From assembly GCA_047495785.1 (NCBI GenBank), contig JBLDXI010000054.1:1984001-2048000 (forward strand): a stretch of 64,000 nt of DNA. The letters are read 5' to 3'. Shown here piece by piece: positions 1-12,184 of this stretch. Under the pieces are notes generated by a model that made no database searches, was not told the origin of the DNA, and saw only the letters and a list, made by a program, of their open reading frames with translations. Origin of the DNA: Lepidodermella squamata. Its lineage: Eukaryota > Animalia > Gastrotricha. Position 1 is the first letter of the stretch; each line of letters begins with the position of its first letter. The position numbers were made by a program, and so were the translations under genes.

Positions 1-59
1 ATAGTCGAACCAGAAATGGCGAGCAAGATCATCCAAATATACATCGCATAATATCCCAT
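1..59 (-). CDS. First (signal-peptide) exon of a third secreted ankyrin-gene paralogue; runs off the window edge
   Basis: Minus strand reads MGYYAMYIWMILLAISGST from the ATG at 59, homologous to MGNNTIYILMVLLAISGST at 5797 and to the exon at 16462. Confidence 0.7.
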   Translation of the reverse strand, partial: MGYYAMYIWMILLAISGST

Positions 60-1223
60 TTTTATCAGCCTGGATCCGCCAAACTCCAATACAAGTTTTA
101 GTTTTGTTGTTTTTCTAATTACCGCTGCGTATTTGCAGCAGTTCTAAATTAACTAAATTAACTAATTAACTCTAAATTAACTTCCTGATTTAAATAGATT
201 GAAAAACGTTTTTGTACCTACGCCAATATGCGCGATAATAATACGAATGAATCCTACGAATGAAGTAGGGGGTATTTTCGGGCCCAAATTTCACGATCAA
301 AGGGTCCCTCTGTGGTATTTTCGAGATTTCCACCCTCGCCTTTCCCCCGGTACTTCGCGCACTGGTACCGGTGGAATGGAGGATATCGTAACCCCAGTTC
401 ACAATGCCAAGGTGGGAAGTGCCTATAAAGACCAGGGGGGCCAGAGGGAGACCACAGGATTCGAAACCTGTGGTGATGGACGCGGACACCGCTTTCAGCT
501 CGCAAAAATAAAAAATCGAGACGCGCGAGAATTGCAAAATGCCGATGGTATGAATATCGCTTTGAATTTAACGCTCACCTTTGCCAAATTTTTGACGCAA
601 GCGTTAGCCGACCCAGGAATGACTAGCACTACTACCCATGCAAGCAGATAATTATTCGCTATTACAACAATTTCATAGTACCGAACAAAAATGTTATGGT
701 TTCGTGTGGACTTGCGGTTAATTTATTGCCGCGATTTGGAGAATTAACATATAATCTATCTGAGGTGAAATAGGAAAAAACGGACGCGGACACCGCTTTC
801 AGCTCGCTAAAATAAAAAATGGATACCCGCGCTAACTCGGCATACTTAATGTATATGTAGAAATCGCCATTCTCGCACCCAAATGTCGTGGATGGTAACT
901 TTTTGGTCAGCCAAATTGTGACTTTGACAGTTTTAAAGGCCTAAGGTCACATTATTTTCTCATCACTGTCATGAAATAAAAACGAGACTGTGAGAAACTG
1001 CGGATTTATTATTACAGGTGCGAATTAGTGATAAATGAGTGTTACATTTCGACAGTTGTATCGCAGGATACAGAACAAAAAAGCAATAACGTGCGTCATA
1101 ACAAATAATTGAAAAGATAAATATTATGTAAATAAAAGATAAATGGAATTCATCTATTGTCCTCAGGCGCACGCGTTGGGAGAGGAATGTAAGTATGTTC
1201 TATGTATGTTCTTAAGCCGTTTC

Positions 1224-4200
1224 TTATTCTTTCACCCCTTTTTCTCGAAGATAATCCTGCTGTTCTTTGGTCTTCCCTTTTTTTATGGCATATTGCAAGG
1301 CCGTTTCACCTTTCGAATTGACCACCTTCAAATCGACGCCAACCACCTCAACGAGATACTTCAAGACGTTCATAAATTCTTCTCCATACAAGGCCGCGAA
1401 CAAGACGCTTTCTCGTTGTTTGCCATCTCCATTCACATCAGCTCCCTTAGAAACCAAGTACTTGACGAATCCAAGATATCCATACCGGACCGCTATTTCA
1501 ATAGGTCGTTTGTCATCCGCGCCAAGTTTCTCGATGTCAGCTCCATTTTCAATCAGAACCTTGGCTATATCTGTTCTGTTGTTCCGTGCACACCACGTCA
1601 GAGGTGTCCATCCCCATTGATCATTCATGTTGACATCGGCTCCTTTTTCAGCCAAGTATTTCACAACTTCAGTATGCCCACCTTCTACAGCCTTAAGCAA
1701 TGCTGATTGTTCAAGTCCGTCTTTTTTAGATATTTCCGCACCACGCTCTACCAACAACTGTACAATATTTACTAGTCCAGCCCAGGAAGCTATAATCAGT
1801 GGGGTTCTTTGCGGCATATTACCAATCTCAGTAGCTTCGATCGACGCTCCTCTGTCCAGGAGAAGTTTAGTAATCTCCTCGCGATCTTTTGGTTGCGTAT
1901 TGCATGCAACTGCTCTATGAAGCAGACTGCCAGTTGAGACGCTGAAAGCATCATAAATAATAAATTATAAATTACTAACCCCATCGACTCCCCCATTGCT
2001 GGTACCTTGACGTGGTTTGGGGGCTTCGTCCCGACGACCCGGAGGGCTGTGCCGACGGTTTAACCAATGCGGAGAGGCCGATGGATAGAGGCAAACTAAC
2101 ACCAGCCGCACGGCAACGTGGCGAACTGCCTGCGTACACAGCCCATGAAACCCATGAACAACGACAACAAAATCAAATCAACAAACAACTTCCTTTCGAG
2201 AAAACAAATCCAAGCGTTGATACAGAAGGCGAGGGGGCACGCAAACTGCAGTATGACTGGGCCGGCCCAAAGCCGCAAGGACGGTCGGTTCACGACTTCC
2301 ACTCTGCCTGATGCTAAGACGCTTTCGCGAGTTGGAGCTTTTAACGTGAGGACGCTGTTCGAACCTTCAAAACTCGCCCAAGCCTTCAAAGTCCGGGCCG
2401 ACTACAAACTCGGCGCTCTAGGCATTAGCGAACACAGATGGTTAGGTCATGGCGTGATTACGAACGACGATGGATCAGTGTTCTTGTACTCCGGGGGAAC
2501 GGAGCACGCGAGGGGCGTGGGCCTGATGCTCTCTAAGGAAGTTTTACGGTCGATGATCGAATGGGAGCCAATAAGTGACCGTCTGATACGCGCTAGGTTC
2601 CAGGGCAGACACTGTCGAATAACTATTCTGCAGTGCTACGCACCAACTAATGAAGCCGAGGACGAAACTAAAGAATTCTTCTACGAATCACTCCAAAAGT
2701 GCGTAGAAACAGTTCCGAGGCACGACCTCACCATCGTCATGGGGGACCTTAACGCTAAGGTGGGCGCTGAAAACTCAGGTTACGAAAACTGGCTGGGAAA
2801 ACACGGATGTGGGGAGCGTAATGATAATGGCGACCGGCTAGTGGAATTCTGTGCGACGAATCAACTCGTCGTGGGCGGTAGTCTATACCAGCACAAGGAC
2901 ATTCACAAACTGACGTGGGAATCTCCGGATGGCAAAACACGCAACCAGATCGATCATATCCTGATCAATCGGCGGTGGAAGACCTCGCTACGCGACGTTC
3001 GTGTCTATCGCGGTGCGGATTGCTACTCGGACCACTATCCCGTTGTGGGTGCATTCCGGCTTAAACTGGCTTCACCGTCAAGAAAGAAAACTGCTATTCG
3101 CCGAAAAGTGAACATCGCAAAACTTCTCAACCCTGAATGCAAAGCACGATTTGTCGAAGAACTACGTCAACGACTTGGCTGGAAGCCGTCTAGCGAACCC
3201 ACAAGCGTTGAGGGTGAGTGGCAGACCATTCGGGATGCCTTTACCAGTACGGCCGGCGCAACCATTGGTTACGAAGAGAAAAATCGTAGACCATGGATGT
3301 CACAAGAGACATGGACGAAGATAGAGGAGAGAGCAGCTATACACCGCAAACGGCTCCAGCAAACGAGCCTTGCCGATTGTGAAACCACTCAAGCTGAGTA
3401 CAACGCGAAAAACAAGGAGGTAAAACGTAGTGCGAGACGCGACAAGCGCAAATTCGCCAGCGACATAGCTACCGAAGCGGAGAATGCCGGACGAAAAGGC
3501 GACACCAAGAAGCTGTTCCGACTCGCCAAACAACTAGCAGGCGGAACATTTGGGGGCTCGTCAAAATTCGTCAAAGACGAAAATGGCCGCTTGTTGACCA
3601 CGGAGCGGGAGCAAACTCAAAGATGGGTAGAGCACTTCCAAAAGGTGTTAAATCTGCCCGAACCTGAAGTCAAAATTTCTCCCGAGCCAAAAGCTGTCGA
3701 CCTTGACATCAGAACTGACCCTCCAGATAAAGCCGAAATAACAAAGGCGATCCTGGAACTGAAAAATGGGAAGGCGGCGGGCAACGACGGCATAGCTGCC
3801 GAGCTTTTGAAAGCCGACGTCACCCTGTCAACAGAAGTGTTTTACGACCTCTTCAAACGAATATGGAACGAAGAACAAATCCCAAACGACTGGGCCCACG
3901 GCCTGATCGTGAAGATACCGAAGAAAGGCGACTTATCGAACTGCGATAACTGGCGCGGAATCACCCTGCTTTCAATACCAAGCAAAGTTTTCTGTCGAAT
4001 TCTCCTAAATCGAATGAAGAAGCAAATAGACGAACTCATACGCGAGGAACAAGCCGGTTTCCGCGAACTACACAGCTGCATAGACCAGATATTCGCGCTC
4101 AGGTGCATAGTTGACCAATGCCTCGAATGGAATGCGCCCGCTATCATAAATTTCGTCGACTTCAAGAAGGCGTTTGATAGCGTCCATCGGGAAACACTTT

Positions 4201-5797
4201 GGGCAATCCTGCGATCCTACGGCATTCCTGCCAAGATCGTTAACATGATCGCGATCTTCTACAAAGATTACGAATGCAGCGTTCTAACCGGCAATGGGGA
4301 CATGTCGGATAAATTCGCCGTGAACTCGGGGGTCCGTCAAGGCTGTGTTATATCGCCGATATTATTTTGCATCGCCATGGATTTCATCATGCGGTGCACA
4401 AACGACAAAGCGCAAAATGGGATCCAGTGGACTGTTTTCACACAACTACACGACCTCGATTTTGCTGACGACCTCGCTCTACTCGCTACCTGTGCGAAAC
4501 ATCTCCAACAAAAAACCAACAAACTCAAACAAACCGCAGAATACGTCGGTCTCCAGATAAATGTAGCGAAAACCAAGGTAATGCGAGTCAACCTGCCAGA
4601 TATCGGTGACAGCCTGAAAATCGACAACGAGAAGCTGGAAGAGGTGCGTGACTTCCAATACCTGGGAAGTGTCATAAGCCTAGACGGCACTGGTGTTGAC
4701 ATCAAACAGAGGCTAAAGAAAGCTAGAGCGGCATATGCAACCCTCAACAACGTCTGGCGGTCAAAAGAACTCACCCGCAAAATCAAGATCCGCATATTCA
4801 ACGCAATCGTTAAAGCAATCTTGTTATACGGAGCAGAATGCTGGCGATACACAACCGCTGATTTCGCAAAACTCGATGCATTTTACAATCGCTGCCTACG
4901 CAGGATATGTGGCATCCACTGGCCGAAAGTCATCAGCAACTACGAATTGCACCGGCTGGTTGGCTGTCGACCTCTATCTCAGGAGATCAGACTGCGGCGA
5001 TTGAAATGGCTCGGGCATGTCCTTCGCATGAAGTACGATCGCATCCCAAAAGTGGCACTATACTGGCAGCCCATCGGCCAGAGGTTCCGGGGTCGACCGA
5101 AGGCCACTTGGAGGACAACCGTACAAAAAGACCTCGAATCGCTCAATCTCAGCTGGGCGGAGGCGCTTAAGTTAGCCAAACAACGAGAGGCATGGCGGGA
5201 AAAAATTAATAACATCTAATAACCTGCTCTATCTGAACTACCTATATTATCTGTTTTCTGTCTATGAACTGCGAAAATATGTCGTGGGCTGTATGTCCCT
5301 CACGGGATTTGGCATTGAATGAATGAATGAAACCCCATCGACTACTCTGTGGCCTCATAGCGTCTCATCGATACAAAATACGTAAGAGGAATTTTTAAAT
5401 AATAGTTAGCGATTGCGAGAGTATGAGGCTCGTGTGGCTCAAGTTGTTAAAACAAAAGAAAGCTACCTTTCAAGGCCTTATTACAGGGTAAATATTTCAT
5501 GACTTACGGCACAGAGTAGACCCCTGAGACTTGCCATACTCCGCCACTTGTATACCTATTAGGAGTGAACTTGCCGCCAGTTAGCTCATCGATGTTTGCA
5601 ATGAGTGATTTTGCAGCAGTTACATTCAAGTCGCAGAAAATGGTGTCGAAAAGCGAAAAGTACAAATCTCTAACTTCCTCACTTTCCGAAGGCTCCAACA
5701 GACGATTGATTTCGGAAATTACCCTTTTGAAGCATGCCATCGTCGAACCAGAAATAGCGAGCAAGACCATCAAAATATATATCGTATTATTCCCCAT
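1224..5797 (-). CDS. Secreted ankyrin-repeat protein, copy 1 (exons 5797-5723, 5692-5508, 1941-1224; 325 aa)
   Basis: Hydrophobic N-terminus. GTAATT and GTAAGT donors and the tttcag acceptor join in phase (978 nt total). Ankyrin motifs TPLIIA..G..IVQLLVERGA, TPLTWCA, TALQYA. Copy 2 has the same structure. Confidence 0.8.
1990..5330 (+). mobile_element. Full-length RTE-clade non-LTR retrotransposon, antisense within intron 2 of the ankyrin gene
   Basis: 13-bp TSD aaccccatcgact (1977-1989 and 5331-5343), (TGAA)n 3' tail, single intact ORF, and an empty site at ~15916-15928 in the duplicate. Confidence 0.95.
2118..5219 (+). CDS. RTE ORF: APE endonuclease + reverse transcriptase (first ATG at 2145)
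   Basis: APE motifs GAFNVRTL, GDLNAKVG, IDHILIN, SDHYPV; RT motifs FVDFKKAFDSV, GVRQGC, LDFADD; no stops over 1033 codons. Confidence 0.95.
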   Translation: MANCLRTQPMKPMNNDNKIKSTNNFLSRKQIQALIQKARGHANCSMTGPAQSRKDGRFTTSTLPDAKTLSRVGAFNVRTLFEPSKLAQAFKVRADYKLGALGISEHRWLGHGVITNDDGSVFLYSGGTEHARGVGLMLSKEVLRSMIEWEPISDRLIRARFQGRHCRITILQCYAPTNEAEDETKEFFYESLQKCVETVPRHDLTIVMGDLNAKVGAENSGYENWLGKHGCGERNDNGDRLVEFCATNQLVVGGSLYQHKDIHKLTWESPDGKTRNQIDHILINRRWKTSLRDVRVYRGADCYSDHYPVVGAFRLKLASPSRKKTAIRRKVNIAKLLNPECKARFVEELRQRLGWKPSSEPTSVEGEWQTIRDAFTSTAGATIGYEEKNRRPWMSQETWTKIEERAAIHRKRLQQTSLADCETTQAEYNAKNKEVKRSARRDKRKFASDIATEAENAGRKGDTKKLFRLAKQLAGGTFGGSSKFVKDENGRLLTTEREQTQRWVEHFQKVLNLPEPEVKISPEPKAVDLDIRTDPPDKAEITKAILELKNGKAAGNDGIAAELLKADVTLSTEVFYDLFKRIWNEEQIPNDWAHGLIVKIPKKGDLSNCDNWRGITLLSIPSKVFCRILLNRMKKQIDELIREEQAGFRELHSCIDQIFALRCIVDQCLEWNAPAIINFVDFKKAFDSVHRETLWAILRSYGIPAKIVNMIAIFYKDYECSVLTGNGDMSDKFAVNSGVRQGCVISPILFCIAMDFIMRCTNDKAQNGIQWTVFTQLHDLDFADDLALLATCAKHLQQKTNKLKQTAEYVGLQINVAKTKVMRVNLPDIGDSLKIDNEKLEEVRDFQYLGSVISLDGTGVDIKQRLKKARAAYATLNNVWRSKELTRKIKIRIFNAIVKAILLYGAECWRYTTADFAKLDAFYNRCLRRICGIHWPKVISNYELHRLVGCRPLSQEIRLRRLKWLGHVLRMKYDRIPKVALYWQPIGQRFRGRPKATWRTTVQKDLESLNLSWAEALKLAKQREAWREKINNI

Positions 5798-6640
5798 AAC
5801 TTATATCAGCCTGTTAAAAACGTAAAATGAACCAATTTGCGATTTGTGTGGTTGGTTGTGTTTAATTACTGCTGCGTAGTTGGAGCACGTGATGATTATA
5901 ATTATTACCTAATTTAAATAGACCAAAACGCTGCTTTTTTGCACTCATGGTGACATGGATGGGTAATTTTACCTGTCCCGAAGTGCGCGATAAGAATTCG
6001 AATAATGAACAGGGAACAGGTGAACATGTGGACTTACTGGCTATACGGAGAACTTGGCTATTCAAGCGGGGTATGCAAATCCACTTTTTCTGGCCCGCCG
6101 GTGTTTCCTCCGCTCGCGCGCTCCTATTGGTTGGCGCGTTTTACGCGTAAATGCACCTAGCTCGCTAAATCTCAATGTACAAGTCCAAAATTCAGAATAA
6201 CAGATAACAGGACACTGGGTGTGGACATATGCCTGGATTAAGAGCGAAATTTGCGAAAGTTTAATTACTGCTGCGTACTTGGAGCACGTGGAGATTATAA
6301 TTACCTAATATAAATATCCTGCTTTTTGCACATTGCTTTTTGCACTCATGGTGACATGGATGGGTCATTTTACCTGTCCCGCGATAATAATGCAAATGAT
6401 TATCCAAGGGGGACAAGGGAAAAGTGGACTTGAATATTCACGCTGGGTACTTTTTTGTACTCATACCGATGCTTGATCAGAACAAGCGTCCAACCACAGT
6501 CACAGGTATCGTAATCCAGTACAACTTTGAACAAGTACAGGTTTGAAATTTACACTAAAATTGGCTTTTCTATGCGCGCGCTCCTATTGGCTGGCGTGTT
6601 TTTCGCGTATAATTGCACCCAGCTCGAATTTCATTGCAGC

Positions 6641-6696
6641 CATAGAGAATAGAGTTACCTATAGTGCCTAGAGTTTAGGTAACTCTATTCTCTATG
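6641..6696. mobile_element. 56-bp hairpin micro-MITE with 8-bp TSD (P- or hAT-like)
   Basis: Perfect 21-bp TIR catagagaatagagttaccta; TSD attgcagc at 6633-6640 and 6697-6704; absent from copy 2 (~17235). Confidence 0.85.
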
Positions 6697-7574
6697 ATTG
6701 CAGCCTTCCTCTCGCGTTCAGCCAACTCTCAATGTGCAAGTCCAAAATTCAAAATAACACGACACTAGGTGTTGATAGCCTATATGGGTGTTGATATGCG
6801 TGGATTAAGAGCAAAATTTGGGGTTTTCGCGTTTTCATAGTTCATAAGTTTAGGTATTGTTCAAATGACGACGCGAGGCTATTTTAGTACGCAACTTCTA
6901 GTTAGTGGTTTAAACCTGAATAATTTTTCATAAATAAAGCGTTTTCTTCCGAAAAAAGTCAACCACATTCAAACTCACATTCCAAATTCAATCTCTTCTG
7001 TTAAATCAATATTTTAAATTTTAAATGCTTATAGCCAGTATTTTTTCAAAAGGAGCTGAAAGTCATGAAATGCCGTGTTTCATCAAATAATAGCCATGGC
7101 TACTACTTTTTCCGAAACTCCGAAAATGGTCCAAAAAGAGGCAATTATTCGAGCGGGCTATTATTTGAGGGGGGCTATTATTTATTGGCAATTGGCAAAT
7201 TTCATCATCGCAAGTCGTTTCCGCGGTTGACCTCTCTGTTGTCTGACCTACGCTGCTAATCTCTCCTCGACATCCGCAAACACCACCTCAAACCCGCTTA
7301 GCAGTTGTAGGCGATAAAATTGTACGTGTGTGCTGTTAAATGTTTCACTGGATAACTCACTGTAATGTCCCGCCGGTTTAACCTACGGGTTGCGGCGATG
7401 TGTATTTTCGATTTTCGGTCAATAAACCCATTCCAATTAGGACAGCTTTGTCCCTCCTCCAGCGCGCCACCTGCTTCGGACAAGGCAAAGCGTCACGCCA
7501 CGATGCAGTCGATGCAGCAGAATCGATAACAGCTATGGCCAAGTTGTAACAGGTCTTGATAGGGTAACCGATTC

Positions 7575-7730
7575 GACGAGAGATGGCACTACGACAACTC
7601 CACAAGACGGCGACAGATCAACTACAACAAAAACAACAAAAACAACAACAACCCCTCAACCATCCAGCAGCGAATCGACTGATTCCTCGTCTGATTCAAC
7701 CAGCTCGGCAATATCTGCTTCTGGGGATCT
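7575..7730 (+). pseudogene. Degenerate fragment of the Ser/Thr-rich secreted gene (also present at ~17680-17800)
   Basis: gatggcactacgacaactccacaagacggcgac...gattcctcgtctgattcaac matches 18672-18770, but there is no signal-peptide portion. Confidence 0.65.
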
Positions 7731-7854
7731 TCTCAATAGAAAAATGAAAAATGACCGGCAGCGCTTTTTCCAAAGCCGAGAGAATCGCTCAATAGTGTGC
7801 AGAAAACAGAAAACTTTCTCTCCCATGAGTCCGATATGTCTGGTCAACGTCTAA

Positions 7855-8566
7855 AGGTGGGTTCACAGACTCGGCGACACGGCGACACTGTCGCGCGCGA
7901 CATCGCGACTGTCGCGCACTTGTCGCGCTGAAACAGCCGAGCGACTCACATAGATAGTCACGGTTGAGACACGCTGTCCAAACCCATTGTGCGAAATAAT
8001 AAGAAATGGTAATGGAAGCAGCCTTATTTTATTGCTCCTCGTCGTAGTACGTAATTTCTTTATTATAATAAAAAGCTTTTTCATTCTGCTACGGAACTTA
8101 GCCCACGCTAACAAACCAATAAGCTAATGTAGCGCCTAAGTCAACAGCAAAATCTCGAGGTAACCGAGCTAAATTTAAAACAGTGCGGTTGTTTATCGGC
8201 ACTTTGAGTGGGGATTAGGATTAAAGCAATTATAATTAACCGGATACTTTGATCGCACACCTTGTCGCCTTGTCGCGTCGCGAGGTCGAAAATCCCCTAT
8301 TTTCGAGCCAGTTCCTGCGATAAGCGACAACATCCATTGTTTTCGACGTTGCCAGCTGTTACGCAACGCTATTGTTAGAGCGCGCGACAGATCGCCCAGT
8401 CTGTGAACACCCTTGCCATAAGTCGCCAGCGACGCTGATGCGACACGCGCGACTCACGCGACACCGTCGAGTCTGTGAACACCCTCGCGATAATCGCGCG
8501 CGACATTTTAGTTGTCGCGTCGCCACCCTGTCGTGTCGCCCTGTCGCCGAGTCTGTGAACCCAGTT
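7855..8566. mobile_element. PIF/Harbinger-like non-autonomous element
   Basis: TIR tgggttcacagactcggcgaca / tgtcgccgagtctgtgaaccca; 3-bp TAA TSD; subterminal tgtcgc repeats; empty site gtctaagattt at ~17940. Confidence 0.85.
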
Positions 8567-9005
8567 TAAGGTTTAGGATAACAATTTCCAACTCTCCTTT
8601 TCTGTTTTCCCCATCGGTTCAAAATGCTTAAAAGTACTGAGAAGCCCAGTCAGGATTCCTCGCACCTTGGTCGGGGTCGCGGTAAGGTGGAATGCCTGAT
8701 ACCACTACTCGAAGTGGCGCATGTTAGCTGCCATGCTTTAAATTGCCACATAATTATTGCATGGCATTCAGGCTGGCAACAGGCCGCAGTTCACGAACAA
8801 ATTTTCGCAAATTTTTCCCACCACATCTAAGAATGTGTAGTTGCTTATACGGCGTGCAGCGTTTAGTATAGTATTTTATGCATGTTTTACCTCTCAATTT
8901 TTTATGAACTACCACCTCTCAGGACCGACCGGCATACGTTAGAGTGAACAAATATTTCAAGTTCTACCTCGACCTCGGCTGACGCAAAAGCCATCTATTT
9001 TAGAC

Positions 9006-9358
9006 GAAGAAACCTTTTTTCAGCAGCAGATTTTTTTATTTCTGTATAGCATATTCAAATTGGCTCTGAATCTCACGATTAAAATTTATTTCGATAGCTG
9101 AGGATTAGGGCTGTCTAACAAGCTCGAAGTCGTTGATTTAGTATACACCAACTTAGAGATACGCTGGCGATTTTGACGTCATCTTTCTTTTTTCTCACAA
9201 ATCAAGCTATTGTTGAAACGTGAAAACGAATCGTTCGGCAGAATTCGCGGGCCTAACAATTATTATTATACTATATATCATGGCCTGGCTCGTATAATTG
9301 AATAAAAAAAATCTGCTGCGGAAAAAAGTAAAATCTGCTGCTGAAAAAAGAGCTATCC
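9006..9358. mobile_element. MITE with 8-bp TSD
   Basis: TSD ttttagac (8998-9005 and 9359-9366); imperfect TIR cttttttcagcagcagatttt; empty site at ~18338. Confidence 0.8.
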
Positions 9359-9500
9359 TTTTAGACTGAACTTGCGTGACTGCAGGGGCAGATTATTAAC
9401 TCAAAAAATGAGCAAAAAATGTTTCGTGATTGTGCGACCTGCCAGCTGAAATACCAGACCATCATTTGGAAGCCTATAAAATGATGGTGGCAGTCCTCAG

Positions 9501-9971
9501 GGGTGTGTTTTTTAAGTCCGGTCCGAAAGAAGTTCAGTTGGTTCGACTCTTTTTTGAACGGTCTAAAAACGTCATGTGCTGCAGGTGCTGTGAAAAGGGT
9601 GAAGACCAAGAAGACCGTGTTGCCATAATATCAAGTGAAATGGGGTGGCTAGTTAAAATAAATTCATCTCAGAAATGGCCACAAATTACCACAACTTCAT
9701 TCAAAGGAGCACGGAGGATGATGGGAGGATGTAGCCGTATGAACACCGTTCACTTCTAGAACTTTTTGGTATATTTTTTGTTTTTTTTTCAGCAGAATTT
9801 TACTCAGATTCCAATTTAACTGGCCACCCCATTTCACTTGATATTATGGCAACACGGTCTTCTTGGTCTTCACCCTTTTCACAGCACGTGCAGCACGTGA
9901 CGTTTTTAGACCGTTCAAAAAAGAGTCGAAACAACTGAACTTCTTTCAGACCGGACTTAAAAAACACACCC
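9501..9971. mobile_element. Foldback MITE with ~155-bp TIRs and CAG TSD (Harbinger-like)
   Basis: 9501-~9657 is the reverse complement of ~9815-9971; termini GGG..CCC; flanked by cag on both sides; empty site gtcctcagaggtc at ~18472. Confidence 0.9.
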
Positions 9972-10028
9972 CAGAGGTCACTTATCTCTTCTCAACTTTT
10001 AAAATTTTAAACTGACAGTTATTTGAAG

Positions 10029-11352
10029 ATGAATCTCGCTATCCTTTCTCTCATCGCTATGCTGGCAGTTATTGTTCAATCCAATCCGATCGGGGACACG
10101 AGCAATGATACGACTACTACAGTGTGGTCTGAAACTAGTAAAGCTGCGACTTAAAATTCGCGAATCGTAGTTGAAAATTAAATTGAATGATGGTTATCAT
10201 GTGATGGGCACATGACCTTGTAGCTACGCAGTAGCTGGAGTTCATTTTCTCCATCTGCTTTTTTCATTTTCAAAAAGATTATTTTAAATGAAAATTGACT
10301 TTATCAAAAAGAATTCAGAAACTAGTTTATCGAAGCAATAAACTATCTCGGTTTAGAGTTACCGAATTACATATCCGTGAAGGAGACACGCAGTAAGATA
10401 AGGGTCCTTACCCAAGCCCGTAAGAAAATTTGAAAAAGTGAAATGTTCTAGCTTAATGGATTAGGACTTATTTTTGTGACAGAAAAAATAATATGCCTTT
10501 TCATACCTTCAATTATCTGGCCTAGTTAATGATTGAGGAGAGGTAGAAGTGAAGGTGAAGACGCGAATCTAGGAAAAAAGAGCTAATTCTACGTAAACGT
10601 CAAAGTATTTACGAACGTATTTACGAAGGGTAGGAACTTCAAATTAATTGGAATTCTTCGGTAGAAGACGAATTTAAAGAGCCTTTTCAAGGTATTGTTG
10701 AACTTGTTATTAACAGTTTGAGAACCTGGAAAATTTTCTCTGTTCTAATTTCGTGACCTGAAAATCTGCTTTTTTAGCATTGAAATGTTAGTGAATTCGG
10801 CGACATTGGCGGTAGGGACACACGCTTAGCGAAGATCTACCTGCACGATGACTCCGTAAGGGTTAGTCTAAAAATGGCTTTTCCTCTTACAGGGCTGTGC
10901 TTGGAGCCAACTATATACATATAGGAAAGGTCTTTGATATTTTGGATCATCTTTCATTGAGCATGCAGGTGCAACCAGAAACTTTCTCTTTAACATAGCA
11001 TCTCTTCTCTTAATCCGTATTTCAAATTAAAATTTTGTTTTAATGATTTTTAAATTATAAGGACTGATTTTATTTTTTCCCTCGAAATTGGCTAATCAGA
11101 CGTGCGCCATTGAATTGAAGCTGATCAATAGATTGAAGAAATTGATTAGCCTCGTGATCATTATCTGAAAACGCAATTATTTGAAGAAATGCGCGTTCTT
11201 TACTATTTTCAGACCACACTGTACTGACAGCAACAATACTCCAACTACTACTAGCTCTGACTCAACGAGCGATGGAACTACGACAACTCCGCAGTCCGGC
11301 GACGGCTCAACAACAACAACCGCTCATGCATCCAGCGGCGACTCAACTGATC
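10029..11352 (+). pseudogene. Disrupted copy of the secreted Ser/Thr-rich gene
   Basis: Same signal peptide as 18528; interrupted by a 1.1-kb TIR element and truncated by a ~0.5-kb deletion joined at a tgat microhomology. Confidence 0.85.
10120..11221. mobile_element. Tc1/mariner-type non-autonomous element
   Basis: TIR cagtgtggtctgaaa / tttcagaccacactg; TA TSD; empty site gactactactgacag at ~18617. Confidence 0.9.
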
Positions 11353-11555
11353 GCTTCAAGAGTGGTGAAGTATAGTATTTTCAGTTAATTTACTTGGCTA
11401 GGTGTCCTGAGCTTACATACAGGGTGTTTCAAAACTCGCGCACTACGAATAACCTGCGGCAAATGTACGCGCTTTCCTTACTCGCGCACTGTTTACGGTT
11501 ATATTCGCATAGATGCGCGTGTACAAGACTATACTATAGCCTACACACTACACAA

Positions 11556-11760
11556 TATCGTTAGCGACGCGCCAAAAAAACCACTTTGATGACTCATTCG
11601 ATCGTACTTTGACGAGCCGAACGTAAAGAAGGAGTACGTTCGGCTTTTTGAGCACTGATCGTACTCATCGTAATTTGAATTTACGTTCAAGAGTCGAACG
11701 TACTTTCCATAAAAAAGCTATTAATAGTAAAGTGGTTGTTTTGGCGCGTCGCTAACGATA
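11556..11760. repeat. Inverted-repeat element (MITE-like)
   Basis: tatcgttagcgacgcgccaaaa..accacttt versus aaagtggt..ttttggcgcgtcgctaacgata. Confidence 0.65.
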
Positions 11761-12184
11761 TGCGCACACATGAATATACAGCACACATGATAGCACTGCA
11801 ATAGCTATTTTCTGGCGAAAACATTCGAGCCTTGATAAATTTGAGCTAAGTTTCATTAATTATCTTTTTTATTTCGAGGATGATGTCATGTTTTTCTGAA
11901 AAATGCTGATTGATTGGGCTCTGAAGCTGAAGGTTTCGTAACAATTTCTCAAATTCTGTGGCTGGATATTTCAGAAACTGATAATTTCTGAGAAAATTCT
12001 GATTTGAATTGTTGTTGAATTTGTCAATAAATCGTTGATTAGTCTCCTGCCTTTGCATCAAAATTTATTTCACGTTGCATGAATACAAGGCCCCGACTGC
12101 ACAAGTTGAGAAAAAATGACGTAGTTTAAACCACTGGCGAATGTTCACTGGCGAGTAAGGACAGAAAATTAAGGTTTGCAGTTC

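Larger units (their letters stand above)
901..11416. repeat. Segmental duplication, copy 1 (rich in TE insertions)
   Basis: Colinear with 14861-19334, from ttttggtcagccaaattgtgactttg to ggtgtcctgagcttac; the extra length is accounted for by insertions. Confidence 0.9.

Noticed and set aside
1143-1706. 187-aa + strand ORF (and the 194-aa ORF at 15130-15714)
   Set aside because: Antisense shadows of the ankyrin exon; no independent motifs.
9361-9759. ORFs of 82 and 109 aa
   Set aside because: They run through a foldback MITE that is absent from the duplicate.
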